The notes below the pieces were generated by a model. It saw only the letters and a program-made list of their open reading frames with translations. It searched no databases and was not told the DNA's origin. A stretch of DNA of 57,602 nt from Chiloscyllium plagiosum. Lineage: Eukaryota. The DNA lies in the NCBI RefSeq assembly GCF_004010195.1, contig NC_057720.1, positions 9,965,796 through 10,023,397 of the forward strand, read 5' to 3'. Shown here piece by piece: positions 37,600 through 48,944 of the stretch. A program made the translations under genes and the position numbers. Every line of letters begins with the position of its first letter. The stretch's first letter is position 1.

Positions 37600-38760
37600 C
37601 TCATCCTCACTCCCTCTCACACTCACTCACTCTCTCCCTCACTCATACACTCGCTCTTATTCTCACTTTTACCCTCACCCTCACACCCACTCATTCCNNN
37701 NNNNNNNNNNNNNNNNNNNNNNNNNNNNNNNNNNNNNNNNNNNNNNNNNNNNNNNNNNNNNNNNNNNNNNNNNNNNNNNNNNNNNNNNNNNNNNNNNNNN
37801 NNNNNNNNNNNNNNNNNNNNNNNNNNNNNNNNNNNNNNNNNNNNNNNNNNNNNNNNNNNNNNNNNNNNNNNNNNNNNNNNNNNNNNNNNNNNNNNNNNNN
37901 NNNNNNNNNNNNNNNNNNNNNNNNNNNNNNNNNNNNNNNNNNNNNNNNNNNNNNNNNNNNNNNNNNNNNNNNNNNNNNNNNNNNNNNNNNNNNNNNNNNN
38001 NNNNNNNNNNNNNNNNNNNNNNNNNNNNNNNNNNNNNNNNNNNNNNNNNNNNNNNNNNNNNNNNNNNNNNNNNNNNNNNNNNNNNNNNNNNNNNNNNNNN
38101 NNNNNNNNNNNNNNNNNNNNNNNNNNNNNNNNNNNNNNNNNNNNNNNNNNNNNNNNNNNNNNNNNNNNNNNNNNNNNNNNNNNNNNNNNNNNNNNNNNNN
38201 NNNNNNNNNNNNNNNNNNNNNNNNNNNNNNNNNNNNNNNNNNNNNNNNNNNNNNNNNNNNNNNNNNNNNNNNNNNNNNNNNNNNNNNNNNNNNNNNNNNN
38301 NNNNNNNNNNNNNNNNNNNNNNNNNNNNNNNNNNNNNNNNNNNNNNNNNNNNNNNNNNNNNNNNNNNNNNNNNNNNNNNNNNNNNNNNNNNNNNNNNNNN
38401 NNNNNNNNNNNNNNNNNNNNNNNNNNNNNNCTCCCTCACTCACTCCCTCACTCACTCCCTCACTCACTCCCTCACTCCCTCACTCCCTCACTCACTCCCT
38501 CACTCACTCACTAACTCCCTCACTCATTCACTCCCTCACTCACTCACTCTCACACTCGCTCATTCCCTCCCACACTCACTCATTCCCTCACTCACTCTCA
38601 CACTCACTCATTCACTCCCTCACTCACTCACTCTCACACTCGCTCATTCCCTCCCACACTCACTCATTCCCTCACTCACTCTCACACTCACTCATTCCCT
38701 CCCTCGCTCACTCACTCTCATACTCACTTATTCTCTCCCTCCTTCCCTCATTCCCTCACG
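37600..38760. repeat. (CTCA/CTCC)n compound microsatellite around a 733-N gap
   Basis: Directly visible; source of the spurious HSL-repeat ORF. Confidence 0.93.
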
Positions 38761-39013
38761 CAATAAAGCTCTGTGTCAGAATCAGCACCTTTTGAAAAAA
38801 AACTCCCTTTTCAACCGTGGTGCATAAGGTCATAAGAAATAGGAACAAGAGTAGGCCATTTGGCCCCTCAAGCCTCCTCCACCATTCAATTGGATCATGG
38901 CTGATCCAACATTCCTTATGTCAACCTTTCTGCCCTCTCTCTGTATCCCTTGGAGGTAAAAGTCCATTTTGCGAAAGTAACATGATGCGCCAAGCACTGA
39001 CACAAGCAAAGTC

Positions 39014-40169
39014 TTTTTTTATGAATTGGGAATGCCATTCAGCTCCTGTGGCCTGTTCACCCATTCAGTCAGTCCATCGCTAATCCGAATCGCAAATCCT
39101 TTCTCCTTCTTTCCACCCATTGATGTCTGAAGTAGTTGCACAGAGTCCGGTGTCCAGTTACCAAGTCACCTGTTATTTACACATGCATAGTACACTGGCT
39201 GTGACCAGCCAGCTCAGAGTCATCTGAGGAGTTTCTAATCTCCTGGTGATAATTTTTTCTTTCTTTTTAGAGATACAAACCAAAAATCCAAAAATACAAA
39301 ACAAAGGAGGGCAATGTCTCAGACCAAGAGTACACAGACAGTAGCTAGCCGGCTTGGAGGCATCTGAGGAGATATATATATATATATATATATTTTGCAT
39401 TCTCCTGTTTTTTTTTAGTGACAGTCCGAGGCAGCAGCAGCAGAGGTGCAGGCAAGGCCCAGGCTGCGGTGGTAGGAGCAGGCCCAGGCTAAAGCAGTAG
39501 CAGCAGTAGTGGTGGCTGCCTGTGCAGCTGAATACAGTTCAAACATAAAGAAAAAAGAAAGCACAAACAAACAGTAAAGAAACTTAAACTGAAAAGAAAC
39601 AAATATCTTCCCTCAACAAAGACACTCCTCTTCTCCTCAGTACCAGCAAGAGCACATTGACTATAGCACCAGCCAGCTCAGAGTCAATCCTCAACTGAGG
39701 AGATTCTAATCTCCTGGTTTTATATATATACTTTCTTTTTCTCCTGGTTATATCGGTCGGCTAAGGCATTCCTGATTGTCCCAGGTTAACAACCCCAATC
39801 AAGAACCTCGTAGTTAACATGGTCCACCTAGTTCCAATCACTACAATATCCTTTGCTTACACAAATCTATCCACCTCAATCTTTTGTGTTTTTGGATTTT
39901 TGGTTTGTTTCTCTAAAAAGAAAGAAAAAATTATCACCAGGAGATTAGAAACTCCTCAGATGACTCTGAGCTGGCTGGTCACAGCCAGTGTACTATGTAT
40001 GTGTAAATAACAGGTGACTTGGTAACTGGACACCGGACTCTGTGCAACTACTTCAGACATCAATGGGTGGAAAGAAGGAGAAAGGATTTGCGATTCGGAT
40101 TAGCGATGGTCTGACTGAATGGGTGAACAGGCCACAGGAACTGAATGGCGTTCCCAATTCCTAAAAAAA
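39014..40169. repeat. 288-bp inverted duplication (39014-39301 and 39882-40169) with a 580-bp spacer
   Basis: The arms are reverse complements with 7 mismatches by manual count; near-identical ORFs 39173..39400 (-) and 39819..40010 (+). Confidence 0.95.
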
Positions 40170-40460
40170 TTGTCTCTCATCGCCTTTGTAGATTTCTTCT
40201 GTTTTTAAGGAAATTGTGCTTCCTGATTTTCGTCCTGAATAAATGAGTTCTAATTTTAAGATTATGTTCTGACATTCTTGAGAGAAAATTGGGTTTCTGT
40301 GTCTATGCTATCTAATCCTTTTATCTTATTAAACCCTTCCAATAATCCAATACTGAATATTTGGGCATCCCAGAGAAGAAAATGTGGATTTTTTTAGTGT
40401 TCTATCCAGAAATAATACAGATTTTGATAAGACCCATGTGGTTTCCCTGTTGTACATTAC

Positions 40461-40673
40461 CAATGCTCTGTGCACGTTAGGCATCTCAGCACCAACACAA
40501 GCTCGCCAGCTTCCTCCTTCTTGAAGTTCATCCACAAATAGTTGTAATGCTCGTTGGTCCATTGAATTATCCACATAGGCCTTTGTCTCATAACCTTTCT
40601 CTTTGTCATCCATCATGATGGCTCGGGTTAGCAGTGAAAATATTGGTGGCACAGAGTCTCCAAGGAACCAGGA
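40461..40673 (-). CDS. vtg: Vitellogenin lipovitellin light-chain exon SWFLGDSVPPIF...SWRACVGAEMPNVHRAL (71 aa)
   Basis: Acceptor ttttccaccctcag|TCC, donor TTG|gtaatg, phase 0/0. FLGD...W(R/K)xC pattern of the vitellogenin light chain. Confidence 0.93.
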
Positions 40674-40857
40674 CTGAGGGTGGAAAATTTAAATAAGAGC
40701 ACACAGATTCTTACTCAGAAATATTCATGGAGAATGCTTCAGGCCATTGCATTTAATTGTAAATGTAGCAGCCATTTATGTCATAACTTTAACATAGTTA
40801 ACAACATCCCAAAATGTTTCACAGACAATATTTAACATTATGTCACCTGGAAAGTTT

Positions 40858-42720
40858 TAGGGAAAGAGTTGGCCCACTGAAGGACAAAGAAGGAAGGATA
40901 TGCGCGGAGTCAGAGAAAATGGGTGAGATTCTTAATGAGTACTTTGCATCAGTATTCACCGAGGAGATGTTGAGGTTAGGGATAGATCTTCAATTACTCT
41001 AGGTCAAGTCAGCATAAGTAGGAAGTGTTGGGTACTCTAAAAGGCATTAAGGTGGTCAAGTCCCCAGGTCCGGATGGGATCTATCCCAGGTTACGAAGAG
41101 AAGTGAGAGAGGAAATAGCTGGGGCTTTAACAGATACCTTTGCAGCATTCTTGAATATGGGGGAGATGCCAGGGAACTGGAGAATTGCTAATGTTGTCCC
41201 CTTGTTAAGAAAAATAGTAGGGATAATCCATGTAATTATAGACCTGTGATCCTGACGTCAGTGGTAGGGAAACTACTGAAGAAGATACTAAAGGATAGGA
41301 TATATACCCATTTGAAAGAAAATGGGCTTATCAGTGATAGGCAGCATGGTTTTCTACAGGGAAGTTCATGTCTTACAGACCTAATAGAATTCTTTGAAGA
41401 GGTGACAAAGTTGATTGATGAGGGAAGGGAGGTAGATGTTGTTTACATGTAAGGCATTCGATGACGTTCCCCATGCTATGCTACTTATCTATTTTCACCT
41501 TTTCCAGGATTTCCAACACCTCTTCTCTACATACCTCAAAGCCATCCATTCTACTTATTTGTGAGAATGTTGTTTACATGTAAGGCATTCGATGACGTTC
41601 CCCATGCTATGCTGATGAAGAAGGTGAAGTCGCATGGAATCCAAGGTGTTTTAGCTAGATGGATAGAGAACTGGTTGGGCAACAGGAGACAGAGAGTGGT
41701 GGTGGAAGGGAGCTTCTCAAAATAGACACCTGTACCAGTGGTGTCCCACAGGGATCTGTGCTGGGACCACTTGTTTGTGATATACATAAATGATTTGGAG
41801 GAAGGTGTAGGTTGCCTCATTCGCAAGTTTGCAGACGACACTAAGATTGGTGGAGTAGCAGATAGTGAAGGGGACTGTCAGAGAGTGCAGCAGGATATAG
41901 ATAGATTGGAGAGTTGGGCAGAGAAATGGCAGATGGAGTTCAATCTGGACAAATGCAAGGTGATGCATTTTGGAAGGTGCAATTCAAGAGTGAACTATAC
42001 AGTAAATGGAAAACTCCTGAGGAAATTGATGTACAGAGAGATTTAGGTGTTCAGGTCCATCGTTCCCTGAAGGTGGCAACGCAGGTCAATAAAGTGGTCA
42101 AGAAGGCATATGGCATGCTTTCCTTCATCGGATAGGGTATTGAGTACAAGAGTTGTCAGGTCATGTTACAGTTGTATAGGACTTTGGTTTAGCCACATTT
42201 GGAATACTGCGTACAGTTCTGGTTGCCACACTACCAAAAGGATGTGGATGCTTTGGAGAGGGGTGCAGAGGAGGTTCACCAGGATGTTACCTGGTATGGA
42301 GGATGAGGTTGAGTGGATTAGGATTATTTTCATTGGAAAGAAGGATGTTGGGGGGGACCTGATTGAGGCCTACAAGATCATGAGAGGTATAGACAGGGTG
42401 GATAGCAAGAGTAGAGGACCCAATTACTAGGGTTCACGAGTTCAAAGTGAGATGGGAAAAGTTTAGGGGAGATATATGGGGAATGCTCTTCATGCAGAGG
42501 GTGTTGGGTGCCTGGAATGTGTTACCAATGGAAATGGTAGGGGTGGGAATGATAGCATCATTTAAGATGTATCTAGCCAGATACATGAATGGGCAGGGAG
42601 CAAAGGGATACAGATCCTTAGAAAACAGGAGACAGGTTTAGATAGAGGATCTGGATCGGTGAGGCTTGGAGGGCCGAAGGGCCTGTCCCTGTGCTGTAAG
42701 GTTCTTTATTCTTTGTTTTA
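40858..42720 (+). mobile_element. CR1 LINE ORF2 and 3' end, degenerate
   Basis: KSPGPDGIYPR, QHGFLQGSSCLTDLIEFFEEVT, RKFADD motifs across frameshifted ORFs. Confidence 0.9.
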
Positions 42721-42930
42721 AATGGGACTAGTTCAGTTTAGGAAACCTGGTCAGCATGGAGGAGTTGGGCCAAAGGCTCTATGACTCTATAACACCAGAC
42801 CATTCAGGTTAACCATTACCTGCCAGAGATATATTAAGCAGAGACCTTAGATATTTGCTGCAGTTGCCTTTAACTCATTAGTCAAGCCATTACCAATTCT
42901 GGTTATTCAAATAATTTAGCTAACATATAC

Positions 42931-43047
42931 CTGCTGCGATGAAGATGAAGATGAAGATGATGAGGTAGATGAGCTGGAAAAACTCGCTGTAGATCCTGAG
43001 CTGGATCTAGATGATGACTCAAAGCTTAATCGACCTTTGTTTCGTGA
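42931..43047 (-). CDS. vtg: Vitellogenin Ser-rich exon SRNKGRLSFESSSRSSSGSTASFSSSSTSSSSSSSSSQQ (39 aa)
   Basis: Branch-point-like tactaat, acceptor tcttcaattccag|TCA, donor CAG CAG|gtatat, phase 0/0; lies in ORF 42916..43215. Confidence 0.85.
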
Positions 43048-45149
43048 CTGGAATTGAAGATCACTTGCATTAGTAAAATCTGGGAACTTTACCAAATACC
43101 CTGTATATGTTTCATAGATAGAGATAGCAAGAGACAGAGAGAGAGAGATAAACAGAAAGACAGAAAGAGAGACAGAAAATGAGTGATAGATAGATACACA
43201 CAAATTCACATTCAAGCAACTATGGTGACTAGGTGGTTAGCAGTGTTGCCTTACAGAGCCAGGGACCTGGGTTCAATCCCATCCTTGGGTGACTATCTGT
43301 GCAGAGTTGGTACATTCTCCCTGTGTCTGTGTGGGTTTCCTCTGGGTTCTCTGCTTTGCTCCCACAATCCAAATGACTTCTGAATCACAAATGTATGAGG
43401 GTGATGTGGATTGGTCACACTAAATTGACCACAGCATCTAGGGAAATGCAGGCTCGGTAGGTTAGTCATAGTAAATACGAGGTTATAGGGTAGGGGGTTG
43501 GGATCCTCTTCAGAGGGCTGATGTGGAAATGATGGGTGGAATGGCTTGCTTCCACAATGTAGAAATTCTATTCTATGATTCTTTAAAATAATATCATGAA
43601 GTTGTCCCAGAATATTTCTCAACCAGACATGTATCACTAAAGGGATGTTTTCATTGGTGCTATATAGTCAAATGGCAGTAGCAAATTTGTGCAAAGGAAG
43701 GCCCACATACAGGAACTGAAATAAACAATTACTTTGGTAGTGCTTCTTAGAGAACAGGCAAAAGTGAGGACTGCATTTCCTGCTCCTCGGATGTTGCCTG
43801 ACCTGCTGTGCTTTTTCCAGCTTCTCTACTTGGAAAACAACTCTTGCTTGGGATACTGGGAGACTGTTGTGCTTTAAATGATCGACTTGAACAAGCATTC
43901 CTCCATGGTTTAACATCTCATCCAAAAGACAACATCTTTGAATCTCTAGATTCTGCAATGTCAGTCCAGATGGCTTCCAGGAATTCTTAATTCCAGCTGT
44001 TGCTTTGTCAGGAGTACAGAAGAAAACCCATTTAGAGTTTTGGGTGACTGAAACTTACACAGTTTAGGTGAGAGAGCAGGAAAACACTGTCACCAGGTAG
44101 TGTGTGTGTAGAGGTGACAAAGAATAGATGAAAGATTTGAAGCAGTTGGAATTAATCATGGTTGAAAATACTACAGAGCTGTAATCCAATGGTCTTTATG
44201 ATGGAGAAGATACTGATGTTTGGAAATTTGGCTTGAAGTAATCAGACTGGGAACATCCCTAGTTCAAATTTAGCCAATCAAAGGGAGTGGGAGTGGGAGA
44301 AGGAAGGGAGTGTCTTGGTGGTGTAGGTGAAATTGGTGGGAACTGTTGATGATAGAAACTGAAGACAATATCTTTCTACTGTTTAACTGGAGGGAACTAT
44401 TGATCACCAAGAACAGCAGTCTGGCCACAAGGGGATGTGGAGACATGGAGGACTTGAGAAAGGTGTTCAAGAAGCAGAACTGGGTATTGTCAGCACACAC
44501 ACAGCAACTGCACAGTTTCAAATGATGATCTGCCATATTTGATGTACAGGAAGAGGGAAGTGACAGATTTAACCCTGGAAGTCTGCTGATATGGGAACAC
44601 AAGCAAATGCTGGATATGGCACGATCTGATCAATAAAAATTGGAAGTGTAGTGGACAGTGAAGAAGGTTATCTCAGATTACAAAGGCATCTTGATCAAAT
44701 GGGCTAAGGTGTGGCAGGTGGAGTTTAATTTCAATAAATGCGAGGTTTTGCATTTTTTAAGACAAACAAGGGCAGGACTTAACCAGTTAATAGTAGGGTC
44801 GAGAGTGCGAAAAGCACAGCAGTTCAGGCAGCATCTGAGGAGCAGGAGAGTCAAAGTTTTGGACATCAACTCTTCATCTGGAATGAGGTTTGTGGGCTGG
44901 GGGGTGAAAGATAATTGGGAGGGGGATGGGGCTGGGGTGGAGGGTAGCTGGGAATGTGATAGGTAGATGAAGAAGGTGCTGTGATAGGTAGATGAAGGTG
45001 TAGGAGTGTGATAAGTAGATCAAGGTGGGGGTGTGATAGGTAGATGAAGGTGGGATATGATAGGTAGATCAAGGTGGGAGTGACTGTGAAGTCTCTTCCA
45101 AGGATGTCTACTTTGAAGAGGTTCTCCTTGTCTCTGTACAATTTTCTCC

Positions 45150-45910
45150 TTGTTAATAGTAAGGCCTTGGTTAGTGTTGTTGTATAAAGAGACCAGGAAG
45201 TTCAGGTAGTTAATTCTTTAAAAGTTGGCCACAGGTAGACAGGGTGATTGAGAAGGCATTTAACACACTTGCCTTCATTGCTCAGACCATGAAGTACAAG
45301 AGTTGGGATGTCATGTTGCAGTTGTCCACAGGATGATGTCACTTAGTGATGGTGATGTCACTTTTGGAGTACTGTGTACAGTTCTGGTCACTTTGCTACA
45401 GGAAGGATATTATTAAATGGGAGAGGATTCAGAAAAGATTTACGAGAATTTTTCTGGGGATGGAGGGTTTGAGTTAAAAAAGTAGGCTGGATAGCCTGGG
45501 ACATTTTTCACTGGAGCTTTGGAGGTTGAGGGATGACCTTATAGAGGTTTCTAAAATCCTGAGGGGTATAATTACAGTGAATAGCAAAGGTCTTTTCCCT
45601 AGGGTAGAGGAGTTTAAAACTAGTGGGCATATTTTTAAGGTGAGAGGAGAAAGGCTTGGAAATGACTTGAGGGGCAACTTTTTCACACTGAGGATGGTTT
45701 GTATGTGGAAGGAACTGCCAGAGGAAGTGGTAGATGCAGGTACAGTTACAACATTTAAAAAACATTTGGACAGGTACATGAGCAGGAAAGGTTTGGAGGG
45801 ATATGGGCCAGACATAACAAATAGGATTAGCTTAGTTTGGGAAACTTGGTTGACATGGATGAGTTGGACTGAGGGGTCTGTTTCCATGCTTTATGACTTT
45901 ATGACTCTAT
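45150..45910 (+). mobile_element. CR1 LINE 3' fragment
   Basis: ORF 45526..45912 RDDLIEV.KILRG...RGNFFT.R.V..WKELPEEVV; tail atgactctat. Confidence 0.85.
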
Positions 45911-46094
45911 AATAAGGATAGAAACTGGTGAGGACAATCCCATTGTGCTGGAAAATGGAGCATGGTCAAATGTGTTTAAGAAAGCAGAAGAGATTGAGAT
46001 GGCAAATATCCAAGTAGCATTCATTTGAACATATGGACTATACCCCATTACAACATCCCTTAAATATTTATTTTAGCATTTCAGCAATGCAGTA

Positions 46095-46300
46095 CAGGTC
46101 GTTCTGCTATAACACATATTTCTTTAAATGAAATTTGCTGTAACGCCATTGACAAATTGGAGAATACTGGTTCTAAAGTGCAAACTTTTAAAGCGTGTGT
46201 TGGCTGTAACATGATTACATCGCCAACACTTTAAGTGCAATTTCTGTGTAATGCAGGATTGCACAAGAACACAACCATCACATTATAGAAGAACTATCTG
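46095..46300. mobile_element. TA-flanked MITE (Tc1/mariner-pogo type)
   Basis: TA|CAGGTCGTTCTGCTATAA ... TTATAGAAGAACTATCTG|TA imperfect terminal inverted repeats. Confidence 0.75.
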
Positions 46301-46554
46301 TACTATCTAACTATAGATCTGATGTATTTGCTCAAGTCCTGCAGTGGAGCTTGAATTTAACAGGCCACTGACTCAGAGTTGAGAGTGTTAGGTGAGAGTG
46401 GAAGCTTAAAAGTTAAAATGGGAACCATTCAATTAATAGCTCCAGGCAAAGACAGCAGTGGAATGAATTAAATGCTCCTCCACATTAAACCACATTGGAT
46501 ACACATGCAATTGTGAAGACAAAGATATTTGTTGGACCCTCAAATTTATCATAC

Positions 46555-46608
46555 CGAGTAACTATGAGGTTCAAAACGGAGTTGGAACATGTTTGAGTTG
46601 GCTTCCTC
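46555..46608 (-). CDS. vtg: Vitellogenin short exon EEANSNMFQLRFEPHSYS (18 aa)
   Basis: Polypyrimidine acceptor ttttattttgtctatcgttgtag|GAG and donor TAC TCG|gtatga, phase 0/0, after a 101-nt intron. Resembles the short post-phosvitin '..YQYRF..' exon of vertebrate vitellogenins. Confidence 0.85.
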
Positions 46609-46709
46609 CTACAACGATAGACAAAATAAAAGCATATTGTCAGAAGTATTTTGTAACATTCCAAAACGTTGTGGTTAAATGAAGGTGCGGCAATGCTGAA
46701 AGATTTTAC

Positions 46710-47900
46710 CTGTTCTGATTTTGAGTCGAAGATCCAGGTCCTATGGTCTCTCTTAAATTTATGTACAGTGGTTGACCGTGATTTGATAATTTCATGGATA
46801 CATTTACCATTTTTGCATATTTTGGTGGCAGCGCGATGCTTTGGAGATGACCATGCCTTTTGGTGCCAAGACATGGAATTGCTGGAACTGCTGGAACTGC
46901 TAGTTCTTGATGAAGAGCTGGATTGTTGCCGTCTAGAAGGTTTACTGCGCCGATGCTTTGACAACCGGCTGGAGCTTGACTCACTTGATGACGAGGAGCT
47001 TGATGATGTGCGCTCTGACTTACCCGAGGATGAAAAGGAGCTGGATTGGGCACGGGACTCAGTTGAAGACAAAGAGCTGTTTCTGATGTTGGGTCTGTGG
47101 GCAGGTCTTTGGAGCTGTTCTCTATTACAGTTGCCATCCTTACATCTTTCTCTGTTGTCAGGGTGATGATGTGCTGGTCGTGTAGCTTCTTTCTTGTGCC
47201 CTGACTCAACTGAAGAAGAACTACTGGAGAGCGAAAGGCTACTTTGTTTATTTAATGATCTCTCATGAGGATGTGCACCATCCCTTTTCTTTGACTGTGA
47301 GGAAGATGAAAGAGAGGAGGTTGAATGATCAGTCTTTGGTTTCAACTTTTTATGCTGATGGTGTAAATTATGCATTCCCTTTGATTGTGACGAAGATGAA
47401 CTAGAGGAGGTTGAATGATGACTCTCTGATCTCCGTCGTTCATGCTGATGGTTTGAACTATGACCTGACTGTGATGAAGATGAGAGAGAGGAGGTTAAAC
47501 GAGGACTCTCTGATCTCCGTCGTTCATGCTGATGGTTTGAACTATGACCTGACTGTGATGAAGATGAGAGAGAGGAGGTTGAACGATGTGACCTGTGGTG
47601 TGATACTCCATGCTGAGGTTTTCCATGATGGTCATTATTTTCCTCATTTGAAAATAACACTCCTTTTGGCTCAGGTTGCCCATGCTGGTTGGGCCCATGT
47701 TGTTTATTGTGTTTCTCTTGCTGGCGGTGATCCTGGGGCAAGGTATCCACGTTCCTGGGTGTTGTCTGGGTTCGGTGTTGGTTCGGCGTCTGCTGTTTCT
47801 TATGTTCATGTGATTTTCTGGTGGTTCTTGTCAACTTTCTGCTTGACCCTCGGGAACTTGCTGATGAACTGCTTGTGGTGTACCTTTCTTCCTGTCTGAC
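46710..47900 (-). CDS. vtg: Vitellogenin, phosvitin-domain exon (397 aa; equivalent of chicken VTG2 exon 23)
   Basis: Acceptor ttgtcaacag|GTC AGA CAG at 47900 and donor GAA CAG|gtaaaa at 46710, phase 0/0, inside ORF 46485..47972. Peptide VRQEERYTTSSSSASS...WIFDSKSEQ with many poly-Ser runs, upstream of recognisable vitellogenin exons. Confidence 0.93.
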
Positions 47901-48944
47901 CTGTTGACAAATTAACCCATAGGTGACAATTATTTCTGAGAGATAACTTATTAAAAAAAAACATTGATGCACTTTGGAAGAAGGTGATACTCAATGAATA
48001 GTAGCTCAGTCAGAAACTCCGAGGAACAGAGGCATCTTGGGTGTTTGTCCTCAGATCCGTGAAGGCGATGGACAATGGTTTATAGGGTGATTAAGAAGAT
48101 ATATAGGATGTTGATTTTAATCAGTCCTGGTGTAGATTATAAGAGCAAGGAGGTTATGCTGGAGCTGTATAATACTTTGATTTGGTCACACCATATGTAG
48201 TTCTGGTCACTGCATGATAGAATCCCTGCCTAGGGGAAGCAGGCCATTCAGCCCACACTGACCCTCTGAAGAACATCCCACCCAGATCCACAATGCCCTA
48301 CCCTATCCCTGTAACCCTGCATTTCCCAAGGCTAATCCACCTAGTCTGCACATCCCTGGACACCACCGGCAATTTAGCATGGCCAATAGATCTAACCTGC
48401 ACATCTTTGGACTGTGGGAGGAAACCAGAGCACCCGGAGGAAACCCACGCAGACATGGGGAAAATATGCAAACTCCATACAGACAGTCACCCGAGGGTGG
48501 AATCAAACCTAGGTGTCTGGCGTTTTGAGGTAGCAGTGATAGCCATTGAGTCATCATGCTACCCCAAAGGAAGGAAGGAAGCGATTGCACTGGAGGTGTG
48601 CAGAGGAGATTCACTAGAATGTTGATTGGGATGGATTCATGGGGAGAGGCTGGATAGCGTCAGGTTGTTTTTTTAGGGGCACAGAAGGCTGAGACAGGAC
48701 TGGACTGAGGTGTATAAAGGGCAAGGACAGGGGTAAATAGAAAGCAAGTGTCCCTCTCATTGAAGGGCTAATAACAAGAGGTGTAATTTTAAGGTGAAAG
48801 TCAGCAGGTTCAGACAAGATTTGAGGAAAAGTCTCTTCACCAGAGGAATCTAGAATGCACAGCGTGGGAGGGTAGTAGAGGCAAGAATCCTCACAAACTT
48901 TAAAAAGTACTTGGATGAATACTTGAATTGTCATAACATTCTAG

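Noticed and set aside
1603..38795. Long ORFs crossing N runs (1718-2217, 9809-9933, 17417-17586, 24723-25222, 37698-38430)
   Set aside because: Their length comes from assembly gaps; only the flanking real sequence was interpreted.
43048..43215. Longer version of the Ser-rich exon using the whole ORF 42916..43215
   Set aside because: The upstream part is a CT-rich microsatellite. The acceptor at 43100 would be out of phase, while 43047 has a branch point, a pyrimidine tract and the correct phase.
46669..47899. Plus-strand ORFs 46669..47166 and 47411..47899, and alternate minus frames 46706..47209 and 47495..47809
   Set aside because: Shadow frames of the low-complexity phosvitin exon with no recognisable motifs.
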